From: Candidatus Woesearchaeota archaeon
GTDB lineage: Archaea; Nanobdellota; Nanobdellia; SCGC-AAA011-G17; JACPIM01
Assembly: GCA_964457785.1 (NCBI GenBank)
Contig: CAYWEX010000001.1
Location: 54,477-118,476, forward strand
Length of the DNA stretch: 64,000 nt
Direction: 5' to 3'
In this document: piece after piece, positions 27,525-38,450 of the stretch
Layout of the letters: each line of letters starts with the position of its first letter
Position numbering within the stretch: the stretch's first letter is position 1
Program-made: the position numbers and the translations under genes
Notes under the pieces: model-generated
What the model saw: the letters and a program-made list of their open reading frames with translations, nothing else
The model's database searches: none
What the model was told of the DNA's origin: nothing

Positions 27525-27631
27525 TTATAAACAACCCCGAATATTTTTTGACCAATTTTAATAAGTAAGAATAAAAATAAGATAACTAATAAAATTTCAA
27601 TAATTGTTTTTAGATCTGCTTTTTTGTTCAT
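27521..27631 (-). CDS. mini pilin-like protein (36 aa, not in ORF track)
   Basis: 'MNKKADLKTIIEILLVILFLFLLIKIGQKIFGVVYK'. The start overlaps the stop of the 917-aa gene (taATG). Confidence 0.35.
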   Translation of the reverse strand: MNKKADLKTIIEILLVILFLFLLIKIGQKIFGVVYK

Positions 27632-30384
27632 TATCTATAATTTACTATCCCTTTTTCTGTAAATCCGCCCATTAAAAAACGATACTTCCTTGTCAATTCC
27701 TGGTCTCGTAAGATAATCTCTTTGAATCTTTGAATTTCTTCATAAATAGTTTTTAGATCGTTTGGATTTGGATGTCTATATCTTAATAATTTGTTAGCAA
27801 CATCAAAGGCAGCATTTATCTGATCAATAATTTTTGATTCTTCTGTTTTTTGAGATTCTAACTTAACTTCTTGTTTTTCCTCCACAGTTAGCTGTTCAAT
27901 TTCTTCCCCCCATTTACGGTTAAATCTGTAAACTAGGTCTTTATATCTTGCTTTTATTTCATCATCAATATACTCCCGATATCTCATTGGAAAGGCATTC
28001 ATTTCACTCAAAGCCTTATATAATTCATTGTCACTAACTGTTCTATTGCTTATTATTTTATCAATATAAACAAAAAAAGAATTTATTTCTTTACGAACTT
28101 CTGCTGGATCACCTTCTAGTTTTAAGAATTCCTCTTTTTTTTCTGAATTATTTACAGAAAGCTTAGCAGCGATTTTCTCCATAATTTCAATTACATTTTT
28201 CTCTAACTCTGGATGCTCTTGAGTATAATTTTTAGCTTTACCGAAAAAAATAGCAGCTTCAATCTGTGCTTTTTCAAGATCGACCTTGGTTGTAGCTGGA
28301 TTGGATAATAAAGTTTCGAGAGCAAAGATTTTTTTATTTATTTCTGCATCAGTAATCTTTCCCAACCATGAAAGTCTGCTCCCCAATGTTTTTCCAAAGA
28401 GATTGCCAAAAAAACTGGTTTTTTCTTTTGTTTCTGTTGGAGTTGTTGTAGTGATAGCTGGTTTGGTTTTGCTAGATTTTAAACCTGAGTGTAGTTTTTT
28501 TAATTCTTCATACAATTCATTTTTTTGATAAATAATTTTTTTGTTTTTTACAAAAAATGTAATGCCCCATATATATGCCTCTTCCATATTATTCCAACTA
28601 TATTTGGCAAGACTGTTTTTAAAAAACAATTTTGATAAAAAGCCTTTTCTTAAGTCTTCTTCATGAGACAAATTAAAGAAATTTCTGTTTATTTCCCTTA
28701 AGCCTTCTATTATTCTTTTTGCTTCTATTTCTGCCGGCAATTTGTCCAGCCATACCTGAATTTCCTTTTTTAACTCTTCATTTGCACTTTTACTGGTTTC
28801 TTTATTGAATAAGTCTTTATGGTACCTATATAACTGATCTAATTCTGCAAATGATAAATTTGTATAAGCTTCGTAATCTTTAGGCATTTTTTCTTTAGCC
28901 AAGCCCTTAAAAATTGCGACTAAAATTAGATACTGGCTTTTTATTTTATCTTCCCTATTTAAACTAACATTTAAATCTGACTGGCCTTTTTTAAAATTAA
29001 TTAATGAATCAAATTTATTGAGCAAGGCTTCTATTTCTTTATTTCTAGAAGATTTAATTGTATTTTTATACTGCAATGTGTTTTCCTTATACAATTCAAA
29101 ATAAGACTTTAATTTGGTTGAGTCAAGATTTTTAATGTCTTTTCCCTTAGCAAAATTTTCTAATTCAGAAATTATTTTATTTAAGGAAGTAATTTGTTCA
29201 TTAGCTTCTTTTTCTAATTCCAAAAATGGTAATTTTGCCTCTTTTTCTGAAATTATTTTTGTTAATTCTCTTAATGAATAATCAATTGATCCTTTATATG
29301 TTGAACCTTGTGGAAGTTCATCATGAAGAGCTTGAGCATTAGTATATATAGATTTTAAGGCTTCTAAATTATATCTTGAATGATTTGGATCTTTTTTTAA
29401 AATAGCTATAATTTTCTGAAGATCTACAGAAATTTGTTCACTTCTTTTTTGAGATTCATTTAATTTTTGATTGTTCTGATAAGTTGTTTTTGTATTTTGA
29501 AGACGCTGCTGCAACTGAGCATAAAAGGGAATATATTTTTCATTTTCCCTGTATTGAGTTGAAAATTTATTTAAAACTGCCTGCGCTTTATCATATTGCT
29601 CATTGAAAAAAACAGGTGTCTTTTCGATATCTTTGGCGTAATTTTCAAGAGCCTCTATCCAGGTTTTAGCAGCACCAAGATCTTTATCTGCCTGAGTTTT
29701 AGGCCCAAAGAAAGACCAGCTCGAAGGTGTTGAAGTTGAAGATTCTCCGGATCCACCTGCTCCACCTGAAGAACTTTCAGTAGCATGATGACTTTTAATG
29801 TAAAAAAAGTAAGATAAAGCTCCAATTACAGCAGCAAATACAATAAACCCAAATAATTGGGTTCCTGTAAATGGCAGAGAAAAAGATGAAAATGTTGAAG
29901 AATCTTTTAAGAAAAAACCAAGAGCAACTAAAAGAGCAACAACAAACAAAACAGTTCCTGCAGCTGAGGAAGGCCTGTGCTCATGGAATTTTTCAAATAT
30001 TTTTTTAGCTAATAAAAGAACAACCATCAATAATGCGAGCAAGAAAACCAAGCCAGCTACTGCCCCAAAATCACCAATATTAAAATCTAACTGCTTTTCC
30101 AGAGCCACAAAACCAAGAGCCAGAACCAAAGAAAGAACAACTGGGGTATGACTGCCTAATTTCTTTTCAAGAGTAAGATTAAGAATTCCTATCATTAATG
30201 CAAAAGTTATAAAAAAATCCAACCACTGGGCATTTGAATTGTAAAAATTAGAGATGTCACCCAAATCAAAGAATGGGAAGGATAAAGAAGAAAAACCAAA
30301 ACTTTCATCATAGTAAAACTGAGCATTAACAAGAGGCACTAAATAAAATATTGCAAGAATTAAAATAATTAATTTAAGTTTCAT
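27631..30384 (-). CDS. giant pilus-locus protein: N-terminal polytopic membrane domain, Gly/Ser linker, long coiled-coil region
   Basis: 917 aa. Signal 'LVNAQFYYDESFGF', then 4-5 TM segments, 'SSGGAGGSGESSTST', then ~650 aa of heptad-rich sequence. The N-domain is paralogous to 32474..33106. Confidence 0.5.
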   Translation of the reverse strand: MKLKLIILILAIFYLVPLVNAQFYYDESFGFSSLSFPFFDLGDISNFYNSNAQWLDFFITFALMIGILNLTLEKKLGSHTPVVLSLVLALGFVALEKQLDFNIGDFGAVAGLVFLLALLMVVLLLAKKIFEKFHEHRPSSAAGTVLFVVALLVALGFFLKDSSTFSSFSLPFTGTQLFGFIVFAAVIGALSYFFYIKSHHATESSSGGAGGSGESSTSTPSSWSFFGPKTQADKDLGAAKTWIEALENYAKDIEKTPVFFNEQYDKAQAVLNKFSTQYRENEKYIPFYAQLQQRLQNTKTTYQNNQKLNESQKRSEQISVDLQKIIAILKKDPNHSRYNLEALKSIYTNAQALHDELPQGSTYKGSIDYSLRELTKIISEKEAKLPFLELEKEANEQITSLNKIISELENFAKGKDIKNLDSTKLKSYFELYKENTLQYKNTIKSSRNKEIEALLNKFDSLINFKKGQSDLNVSLNREDKIKSQYLILVAIFKGLAKEKMPKDYEAYTNLSFAELDQLYRYHKDLFNKETSKSANEELKKEIQVWLDKLPAEIEAKRIIEGLREINRNFFNLSHEEDLRKGFLSKLFFKNSLAKYSWNNMEEAYIWGITFFVKNKKIIYQKNELYEELKKLHSGLKSSKTKPAITTTTPTETKEKTSFFGNLFGKTLGSRLSWLGKITDAEINKKIFALETLLSNPATTKVDLEKAQIEAAIFFGKAKNYTQEHPELEKNVIEIMEKIAAKLSVNNSEKKEEFLKLEGDPAEVRKEINSFFVYIDKIISNRTVSDNELYKALSEMNAFPMRYREYIDDEIKARYKDLVYRFNRKWGEEIEQLTVEEKQEVKLESQKTEESKIIDQINAAFDVANKLLRYRHPNPNDLKTIYEEIQRFKEIILRDQELTRKYRFLMGGFTEKGIVNYR

Positions 30385-30386
30385 TT

Positions 30387-32474
30387 TTAAAGCAGTTTTG
30401 TTCTTAATTCTAAGAGAGATTTTTTTCTTAATGGCAGGGTTGTATTTGTCAGCTCCATTAATTTTACTATGGCTTCATTTAGAGAATCTTTATCATTTTT
30501 GGATATTTTATTTGATAGTTCAAGAAATGTTTCTTTTAAATCTGCATTTGACTGGTGTTTCTTTGCATTTATGAGATTATTAATCAACAATTTTATGTAA
30601 GCGTTATGAGATAAATTCAAAGAGATAATCTTGTTATTTACATCTTCAAGCATTAATTTTCTTTCAATTTCCAAGTTAAAGACTTTTTCAAGCTTGTTTA
30701 AAGATCTTCTCGAGCTTAAATTAAACAAAAATCTTGTTCCAAAAGAAAAAAACTGTGAGTAAGTGTTAAAAACCAGATTCCTCAAAAATACTCTTTGTTT
30801 TTCTGTAATTAAAAGATCTTTTTCTATATATGAAATGAGGATTGTTAATAAAGAAAAGGTATTTGAAATGCTCTGCAAGGAAAATTCTATATTTCTTGCA
30901 AATTTTGAGTTTCTGTAATATTTGTTGTATTCATCTGTTGATTTTTCCAGAACATTTGACAAGTAAGCAACAGAATAATTTTCAAAATTGGAGATCACTT
31001 GATTTAGGTTATTTAAGAAGATTTTTGACATATCTTCATGTATTGTTCTCCTGTTTGAAAGCGTGTTTATATAACTGTTTAATTGGTTTAAATAAGAATT
31101 TATTCTTAATCCAAACATAGTGTATTTGGAAAAATTTTTGTACTGCTCCAAATTCTTTTCAAACATCACTTGCAATTCCTCCAGAGTATAGTTTTCAAGA
31201 GAGGAGTTTACATTCTTCAATAAGTTATATGAGTCCTTAGCTATTGCATCTCTCTTTACTTTGGATTTTTTTTCTTCATCAAATTTATTTATGTTATTTT
31301 CCAGATCATCCAACAATGACTTAACAAGCATACTATAATCTGTGTTTAAAATGAATTTTTCATAAACAGCAAAATTATTTGTAAATATATCTTTTAATTC
31401 CTCTGAATCATAAACATCAACATTATTTAGGACTTCTGTCAAAATATTTACTGTTTGCTCTGCCATTAACTGCTGCTTTTTTCTTATTTTATTTTTGTTT
31501 GTTCTTAATCTAAATACTGGGCTGGGCTTAAAAGATTTTAAAACATCAAAGAAACTTACAGAAATCTGCCTTATAGGAAGCTCTATTTTTACTGACTTTT
31601 CTTTTTCAAGAGAAGCTAATTTTTCAAGATAAGCAATGTAACGAGAATTAACTTCGCTATACGAAGAATCAAGATTTTTTAAGAAAGATTCTTTCTCAGA
31701 TTCAGATAATCTTGTGCTGATTATTTCTTTTGTTTCAATGTATTTTTCCTTTATTTCAAATAATCTGTTGTTTATTTCCAGAATTTGGTGCTCTGTTTTG
31801 TTTTTTAAATTTATTAATGAATTTAATGATTCTGCGCCAGATTTAAATGAATTAAGCGATGAATTTGCCAGATTTAGATTATTTTCTTTATTTTGTTTTA
31901 TTTCGTGTTCTTCATATTCTGACTGAATATTTTTATAAAAAGAAATTAATTTGTTTTTGAGATCTATAAACTTGAATTTATAATCTTTGTCAGATTTTTT
32001 TACTATTTCCCTTATTTCATCATTAAACAAAAGAATAAAATTTTCTATTTCATCTTCAGTCAATGTTTTAACTGATTCTTTAAAATTATTCAATCTTTTT
32101 CTTAAGTCATCATATATTGACTCAAAATTTAGCTTCGGCTCTTCTTTTTTTTCTTCTTTTTTAGATATTGGCTCGTCTGTATAAAGATTTATATGGGCTT
32201 TAAAGTAATTATAATATTTGCTTAAATTTTGGGATAATTCAACTGCCTTTTCACCATAAATAGAATTTCTTCCATGCTTGTTTATGAATTCAATTAATCT
32301 TAAATCCAAAATATCATAATCTTTTAAAATTAGATTTTTGCTTGAAGATTTTTGCAATAAAGAAACAAAATTATCCAGGTTTTGGGATATTTCCATAAAT
32401 TCATTTTCAGGAGCATTTTCCTTTAATTGTAAAGGTTCTTTTTGTTTTTTGAAATTAAATAAATTTCTTAGCAT
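30387..32474 (-). CDS. large coiled-coil protein of the pilus locus
   Basis: 695 aa, predominantly K/E/N/L heptad-like sequence. Translationally coupled to its neighbours. Confidence 0.45.
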   Translation of the reverse strand: MLRNLFNFKKQKEPLQLKENAPENEFMEISQNLDNFVSLLQKSSSKNLILKDYDILDLRLIEFINKHGRNSIYGEKAVELSQNLSKYYNYFKAHINLYTDEPISKKEEKKEEPKLNFESIYDDLRKRLNNFKESVKTLTEDEIENFILLFNDEIREIVKKSDKDYKFKFIDLKNKLISFYKNIQSEYEEHEIKQNKENNLNLANSSLNSFKSGAESLNSLINLKNKTEHQILEINNRLFEIKEKYIETKEIISTRLSESEKESFLKNLDSSYSEVNSRYIAYLEKLASLEKEKSVKIELPIRQISVSFFDVLKSFKPSPVFRLRTNKNKIRKKQQLMAEQTVNILTEVLNNVDVYDSEELKDIFTNNFAVYEKFILNTDYSMLVKSLLDDLENNINKFDEEKKSKVKRDAIAKDSYNLLKNVNSSLENYTLEELQVMFEKNLEQYKNFSKYTMFGLRINSYLNQLNSYINTLSNRRTIHEDMSKIFLNNLNQVISNFENYSVAYLSNVLEKSTDEYNKYYRNSKFARNIEFSLQSISNTFSLLTILISYIEKDLLITEKQRVFLRNLVFNTYSQFFSFGTRFLFNLSSRRSLNKLEKVFNLEIERKLMLEDVNNKIISLNLSHNAYIKLLINNLINAKKHQSNADLKETFLELSNKISKNDKDSLNEAIVKLMELTNTTLPLRKKSLLELRTKLL

Positions 32475-33106
32475 TATGAACTCCTAGCTGGGGTTGCTGC
32501 AAACAAACCAATTATTCCAATAATTATTGCAACCCAAAACAACAAGTAAAGCAGCTGAAACAAACCACCAAAATAATCAACTACATTTGACAACAAATTG
32601 TGGCCGAAAATCATCAAACCAGCAAAACAAATTACATAAGCCCATGCAACTGATGCTACCCAGCCAACACCTAATTTTTTTAAAAATTCAAATATTACAA
32701 AAAAAAGCAACAATAGAAATATTAACAGGGCAATTGGGCCGAATGATAAAAGTGTTACTCCATTATATCTTTCCCAAGAAACTAAAGCAAATGACAAGGC
32801 CAAAGAAATTCCTATTGACAATGGCTTTGCCTGAGAACTTAAATGACTTCCCTGAAATACAGCCTGGGTTAAGCCTAGAAATATTAAAAGGAACAGGAAA
32901 AAGTCTATCCAGCCAGAATAGATTTCATAAATATATAAAACATCATCCAACCCTCCAGCTGATAAAAATCCATAATCAAAACTTTGGTCATAATAGTATT
33001 GGGCACTAGCTAAATTTAACAGTAAAATAAGGAAAATACTAATTAACACCACTTTTTTTAACATTGAATAATTGAATATAAGATTGTATTTAAGGTTTTC
33101 TCTCAC
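32474..33106 (-). CDS. membrane protein paralogous to N-domain of 27631..30384
   Basis: 'NLASAQYYYDQSFDYGFL...IYSGWIDFFLFLLIFLGL' parallels 'NAQFYYDESFGFSSL...NAQWLDFFITFALMIGIL'. Confidence 0.45.
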   Translation of the reverse strand: MRENLKYNLIFNYSMLKKVVLISIFLILLLNLASAQYYYDQSFDYGFLSAGGLDDVLYIYEIYSGWIDFFLFLLIFLGLTQAVFQGSHLSSQAKPLSIGISLALSFALVSWERYNGVTLLSFGPIALLIFLLLLFFVIFEFLKKLGVGWVASVAWAYVICFAGLMIFGHNLLSNVVDYFGGLFQLLYLLFWVAIIIGIIGLFAATPARSS

Positions 33107-33313
33107 AAAACTAGTTTATAGGGGTTATAAACAGAATAAAAATATTTCCTTTAATCTTTGGCTTCTAATTTTTCTTTTTCCCAGACTTTTAAAAGTTTGT
33201 GAATTTCGTTTGTTATTTCCTGCATAAATAATAGAATATCTTTTTTAATCATTCAAACATTAATTTGTTAAGCATAATAAAGTTTAAATAGATTATTATT
33301 TGTAAAATAATCA

Positions 33314-33745
33314 ATGGCAGAGGTGTTGATTTTACCAGCAGTTTACATGGGTTTGGTTTTAGGATTATATGAATTTTTTGCAATTCACAAAGACTTGGCT
33401 TTTAGAGGAAGCCATTTTTTAAAACATTTCTGGCATTCATTATTAACTACTATGTTTTTTATTTTTGTATTAATGAATATTTCTTTTGTTTTTGAAGCTG
33501 TTCCGAGCTTAAACACAGTTCCTTTTTTAGGAAATGAAATTGTTGTAAGGGTAATTATTGGATTAGTAACAATAGCAAAAGTTCATGGAGCTGGTGTTGT
33601 TGCAAGAGGAGCTGGAGGAATGGGAAGCATTGGAGAAACTTGGGCTCATGCTTTGATTATTACAGCTTTAATTCAGGCAGCCCCATTTGCATGGCCATTA
33701 GTACAAGGATTACTACAACAATATTTACCTTTCTTGCCTATTTAA
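33314..33745 (+). CDS. small polytopic membrane protein
   Basis: 143 aa, 4 hydrophobic segments. Only plus-strand gene inside the pilus locus. Confidence 0.35.
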   Translation: MAEVLILPAVYMGLVLGLYEFFAIHKDLAFRGSHFLKHFWHSLLTTMFFIFVLMNISFVFEAVPSLNTVPFLGNEIVVRVIIGLVTIAKVHGAGVVARGAGGMGSIGETWAHALIITALIQAAPFAWPLVQGLLQQYLPFLPI

Positions 33746-33943
33746 ATTTTGTAAAATAATTTGTATCCTGACAAAAACTTAATTAAAATCTACCTCTCTT
33801 GTCTTAAATTTTTTCCTTTCTTCTTCTAATGTTTTTTTTATATTTTCGACTTCTTCTTCTGAACCAACCCATTTACCTAAAAAATATGATAATGGTTTCT
33901 TTTTTGTTTTATTTACTAATTTTATAGGTTTCATTGATCTGGA

Positions 33944-36133
33944 TTAAGCATTTATATTTGAAATTCCGCTTGCCAATAAGCTAAATACCAAAATTCCGAT
34001 TGTTGATATTATTACATAAAGCAAAGTTGAGATTAAAATATTTTTTCCAATAAGATTTTTTTCAGACAGTCTGTCTATGCCTTTTTCAATTCCGCTTGCC
34101 AATATTGTTAAAATGATTCCTATTTCAATAACATATAAACCAATAACCAGCTGCAAATAAAATCCAGGGATAACATCCTTGATATTAATTATGTTTGGCA
34201 ATGCATTAATTCCAACTGCTGATTCTGGAGCCAGAGTTGTTGCTTTTGCAAATTCTTCACCTAACTTGTTAATAACAGTTGTAATCATTGAACCAACTGC
34301 AATTACAATGCCAGCTATCATAGGAGTTAAAAAGGCAACCTGTGATTTCATTGAAGAAATTATGTCTGCCAACAAGTCCTTTAATCTTTCATCAACAACA
34401 TGTATTTTCTTTATATAATTTGAAATTGTCAACAAGGATTTTGAAACTGTCATGGGAGATTTTTTTGCAGCCTGTATCAAGACTTTCATTGAAGTTTCAA
34501 TTAAAGAACTTGGATAATAATTTAGGGCGCCTCTTTCCTTGTCAAAAACAGCCTCTTTAACATTCATACCAAGCCTTCTTATATTATAATCTATAATCCT
34601 GAATAAATTTCCAGTTGGAGTGTTTTTCATATTTTCTGCTACCTGACTAAAAGCAATTTCAACAGGAATTCCGTCTCCCACTCTGTTTCCTAACTGGAAC
34701 AAGGCTGCTGTAAATTCTTTTTCAAGATCCAAAGTTTCTTTTCTAACTTTTATTATGTCTTTAGTTGTCATATAATAATACAAACCAATAGATATTGCAA
34801 TTCCAAATGGAATTAAAAGGCTAATTAACATTGAAAAAGTACTGTAAGGACCAATGCATTTATTATCTTCACACTTATAATCGAGTAATTTGACACCAAA
34901 AAATTCTGCCTGATTTAAAGAAGGGTCAGCTAAATGCAAAATAATTGGAGTAAATCCAATTAAAACAAAAAAAGAACCTAATAATATTGACAAGGTTTTT
35001 ACACTGAATTTCTGCCCTAAAAATTCTGTTTTTTGAAATTTTTCTGATGATAATTGTTTTGAAAAAAATTCTGCTTCAGAATAACCAGTTGGTCTTTTTG
35101 CCAACAAACTATTTCCTATTGTTATAATTAGAATTGGCAGAAAAACATTGTAAACAAAAGCAAGATGATACCATTTTACCAAGCCGCCAATAAAACTTCC
35201 CATTAATGGAAAAATTACCAAACCCAGAATTGGAAGTATTACACCAAGCATATGAAGCATAGTAATTGGGGTTTTTAGATCCTGGGCATAATGGAGCATT
35301 CTTTCATAAACTGATGTTAGAATTGTTTCCAAAGATTTTTCCAATAATTTTACTCTTCTTATTTCATCAGGCTCGTACAAAGAACCCTGAATTAAATGAA
35401 AGGATTCTATAAACTCAAGATTATACTGCCTCCAATATTTTAAATATTCATCCAAGCTGTCTTTTATTGTAACAAATTTTCCAGTTTCCACATCCCATAA
35501 AATTTTTCTTAAATCCAAAGATAAAGGAGGGGCTAAATGTTCGCCAGCAAATTTAACTGCATTTTCCAAATTAGATGTATGACGCATGTAAGTTACAATA
35601 TAAAGAATACAAAGAACCATCTGGTTGCTTGCTTTTAGCCTGTAATCATTTGCCAACTTTAAAGGATATTTGCTCAGTGGCATTATAGAAAACAAACCAA
35701 GAGCTAAGAGGGATAGTGGAATGAACAAAGGAATTTCTTTTATCAACACAGTTATTTTTACTCCTTCTAAAAAAAATAAAGTCGCTAAAGGAACTACTAA
35801 AGTTAAAAGACCGCACAACATAATAGAAATACCAACTAAAGCAGCGAAGCTCATTGCTCCCTCTGGCGTTATATCAAGCTGCAATCTTTCAATAGATTCT
35901 GTTATTTTCGGAACATCTTTTTTGTTTGGGGAAATTTTTATTATTTTCTCAGCAGAATTACATAATTGCTCATAACGCGAGAGATTTTTCTCAAGGTTTT
36001 CTTTTCTGAATATTTTATACTCTATAGAAAAAGAATCATTTGGAAAATTTTCTTCATCACTAAATTTTATTTGTTTTGAAATAGCTTCTCTATATTTTGC
36101 CAATATTTCTTCTGTGCTTTCTTGTGATTTCAT
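33944..36133 (-). CDS. FlaJ/TadC/PilC-like polytopic membrane platform protein
   Basis: 729 aa with ~9 TM segments and cytoplasmic helical domains. ATGA-coupled immediately downstream of the secretion ATPase, the canonical ATPase-platform pair. Confidence 0.45.
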   Translation of the reverse strand: MKSQESTEEILAKYREAISKQIKFSDEENFPNDSFSIEYKIFRKENLEKNLSRYEQLCNSAEKIIKISPNKKDVPKITESIERLQLDITPEGAMSFAALVGISIMLCGLLTLVVPLATLFFLEGVKITVLIKEIPLFIPLSLLALGLFSIMPLSKYPLKLANDYRLKASNQMVLCILYIVTYMRHTSNLENAVKFAGEHLAPPLSLDLRKILWDVETGKFVTIKDSLDEYLKYWRQYNLEFIESFHLIQGSLYEPDEIRRVKLLEKSLETILTSVYERMLHYAQDLKTPITMLHMLGVILPILGLVIFPLMGSFIGGLVKWYHLAFVYNVFLPILIITIGNSLLAKRPTGYSEAEFFSKQLSSEKFQKTEFLGQKFSVKTLSILLGSFFVLIGFTPIILHLADPSLNQAEFFGVKLLDYKCEDNKCIGPYSTFSMLISLLIPFGIAISIGLYYYMTTKDIIKVRKETLDLEKEFTAALFQLGNRVGDGIPVEIAFSQVAENMKNTPTGNLFRIIDYNIRRLGMNVKEAVFDKERGALNYYPSSLIETSMKVLIQAAKKSPMTVSKSLLTISNYIKKIHVVDERLKDLLADIISSMKSQVAFLTPMIAGIVIAVGSMITTVINKLGEEFAKATTLAPESAVGINALPNIINIKDVIPGFYLQLVIGLYVIEIGIILTILASGIEKGIDRLSEKNLIGKNILISTLLYVIISTIGILVFSLLASGISNINA

Positions 36134-38382
36134 TTTGTTTCTCTTTTTAACCAGTCTTCCCAGGCAGAATATATTTTTTGATTATCTAAAACACCAGTTT
36201 CTTCTTTTACTTGTTCTATTATTTTATGGAAAGCATCATTTGATCTTGCTATGAAATTAGCTTCTAATATTTGGGGCTTGTTTAATTTAAGAGAAAAATC
36301 CACCAAAGCCTGATTAATTTTAGATCTTAACATAACTGCATCCCAAAGAGAATTCCAGTCAGAAGACCATTCTTTTGTATTTGCAGCTATTGATTTAAGA
36401 ACTTCAGAATCTCCATTGATTAAATCCTCTGTTGGCTCCAACTGATCTGTCTGAGGATTATATTTCATTAAATCTACAAAACCTTTTTCAGCCAAGGGAT
36501 CTTTTTCCCAGTGCTTTCTAACTTCTGTTATTGACAAGACCCTTCTAAATTTATGGAGGCCATCTGGACTTCGGATTGGATTTGAAATTACGATTATGTC
36601 AGCTGCTTTGAAAGAAGTTTTTGGAACTTTAAGATCATTTACAACTCTGTCAAAAACACCATAAGGAGAATCTCCATGTATTGTTCCTGCAACAACATTT
36701 GCAGCAGCTCCGATTCTCATAGACTCAAAAAGACTTATAGCTTCTGCAGATCTAATTTCGCCGACAATTATAGCTGAATCTCCTAATCTTAATGAAGTTC
36801 TAATTCCTTCATCTGCTGGAACTTCTGTTGATGAATGTGATAAAGCTGAACGAACTTTCATTGATTGAATATTGTAACCTATTTGTCTCATTGCTTCTGT
36901 ATTAATTTCTTCTGTATCTTCAATTACAAGAATTCTATTTTTTTTCATGATTTCAAATAATGATGCGCCCAAAATCGAGGTTTTACCCGAACTACGAGTG
37001 CCTGCAAAAATTATGGCTTTGGAATTTTCAAAGAAAAAACTTAATAACGCAGCACCCATAGAATTAATCATTTTATTTTTCATGAATAATGGCAGAGTCC
37101 ATGGATTGTCTCTGTGTCTTCTAAAAGCATAAGCTAGTCCAAGCCTGCTTAAAGGTTCTGAAATAACAGCAACTCTTGATCTTGCGCCTGGAATTGATAA
37201 TTCAGTATCTAAAATTGGATTTGCCTGATCTAAAGGCCTGCCAGACAATAACCTGAACTTTGTTGCCCAGCTTTCTGCATCTTCTGAACTTGGAATAATA
37301 TTTGTTACACAATCACCAAAATCTTCATGAACTAAGAAAATTGGAGTTTGTCCTATTGGACTATTAACTGATATATCTTGAATTTTTGGATCTTGCAACA
37401 ATAATTCAACAGCACCGAAACCTATAGTGTATCTTACAAGAATTTTTGCTAATTCATTTATTTCTTCCAGCGGCATTTCGAAATTTTTGTTATTAATTAA
37501 ATCTATCAATAAATCACGGCCAATGTTAAAGAATGTTCTTCTTAATTTTTGAGGTTCGAGAAATTCTTCATCTTTTGGCTTGTGCTCTGAAAGGACTTTT
37601 CTTGCAACATTTAATATTTCATACTGGTCTTCTGTTAATTTTAATTCAGGAGGAATTAGCCTATAAAAGTTTTTTACATCTTCCTTTATTTTGTAAATAA
37701 AGATATCTGAATTTTTATTGGAATAAGCATCCAATTGTTTTGCTTGTTCTGGAATTTTAACAGAGATTTTTGTGAAAAGAAAAATTGGAGTTATATTTGG
37801 CCTGAAAAACTGCTTATATAATTCTCTTGATCCAACTACATATCCATTTAACTGGTTTTCAAAAATCCTGAGCAGCTTTGTTTTCCCAAGAACTCTTGTA
37901 ATATATTCCAGCTTTTCAAAATAATCCTGCTCTTCAACAAGCTTGTCCTGATCTTTTTCTTTTGAAATAAAAATCCTGCTTTCCCTAGCCAATCTTTTAG
38001 ATTCAACATAAGCACCAAGAGGATCTGTTTTTAACAATGTAAAAATCAGATATTGCAAAGACAAAGCCTTGTTTCTAAAACTTTCAGAGGAAACATCAGT
38101 TGTCTTTAATGCTAAAATCCTTTTTTGTTTTGTCATATGTTTGTATAAATTAGCAAGTTCAATCATGGCCTGAGTTTGTTCATAATCATATTCATAATTT
38201 CTTTTTTGAATCAAAATTATTCTTGCAGAAGAAGGAAACTCAACTAATCTTTCAATTATTTTTGACATTACAACAGGATTTTCTTCAATTGAAGGAGAGT
38301 ATGGCCATTTTGAAGCATCAATTTTAAGAACCTCTTCCTGACCTTCTCTTATAATTTCATATTCTTTTATAATAGCAGCCAT
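36130..38382 (-). CDS. Type II/IV secretion-system ATPase (FlaI/PilB/TadA/VirB11 family) with long N-terminal domain
   Basis: Walker A 'FAGTRSSGKTSILGA', Asp box 'LVIEDTEEI', 'IVGEIRSAEA', and His box 'AGTIHGDSP'. Confidence 0.75.
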   Translation of the reverse strand: MAAIIKEYEIIREGQEEVLKIDASKWPYSPSIEENPVVMSKIIERLVEFPSSARIILIQKRNYEYDYEQTQAMIELANLYKHMTKQKRILALKTTDVSSESFRNKALSLQYLIFTLLKTDPLGAYVESKRLARESRIFISKEKDQDKLVEEQDYFEKLEYITRVLGKTKLLRIFENQLNGYVVGSRELYKQFFRPNITPIFLFTKISVKIPEQAKQLDAYSNKNSDIFIYKIKEDVKNFYRLIPPELKLTEDQYEILNVARKVLSEHKPKDEEFLEPQKLRRTFFNIGRDLLIDLINNKNFEMPLEEINELAKILVRYTIGFGAVELLLQDPKIQDISVNSPIGQTPIFLVHEDFGDCVTNIIPSSEDAESWATKFRLLSGRPLDQANPILDTELSIPGARSRVAVISEPLSRLGLAYAFRRHRDNPWTLPLFMKNKMINSMGAALLSFFFENSKAIIFAGTRSSGKTSILGASLFEIMKKNRILVIEDTEEINTEAMRQIGYNIQSMKVRSALSHSSTEVPADEGIRTSLRLGDSAIIVGEIRSAEAISLFESMRIGAAANVVAGTIHGDSPYGVFDRVVNDLKVPKTSFKAADIIVISNPIRSPDGLHKFRRVLSITEVRKHWEKDPLAEKGFVDLMKYNPQTDQLEPTEDLINGDSEVLKSIAANTKEWSSDWNSLWDAVMLRSKINQALVDFSLKLNKPQILEANFIARSNDAFHKIIEQVKEETGVLDNQKIYSAWEDWLKRETK

Positions 38383-38450
38383 TTTACCTCTTTAAAATAA
38401 AATAATTTAAATACTATTTAATTAGGTTATGTATATAAATTTGGTGAAAA

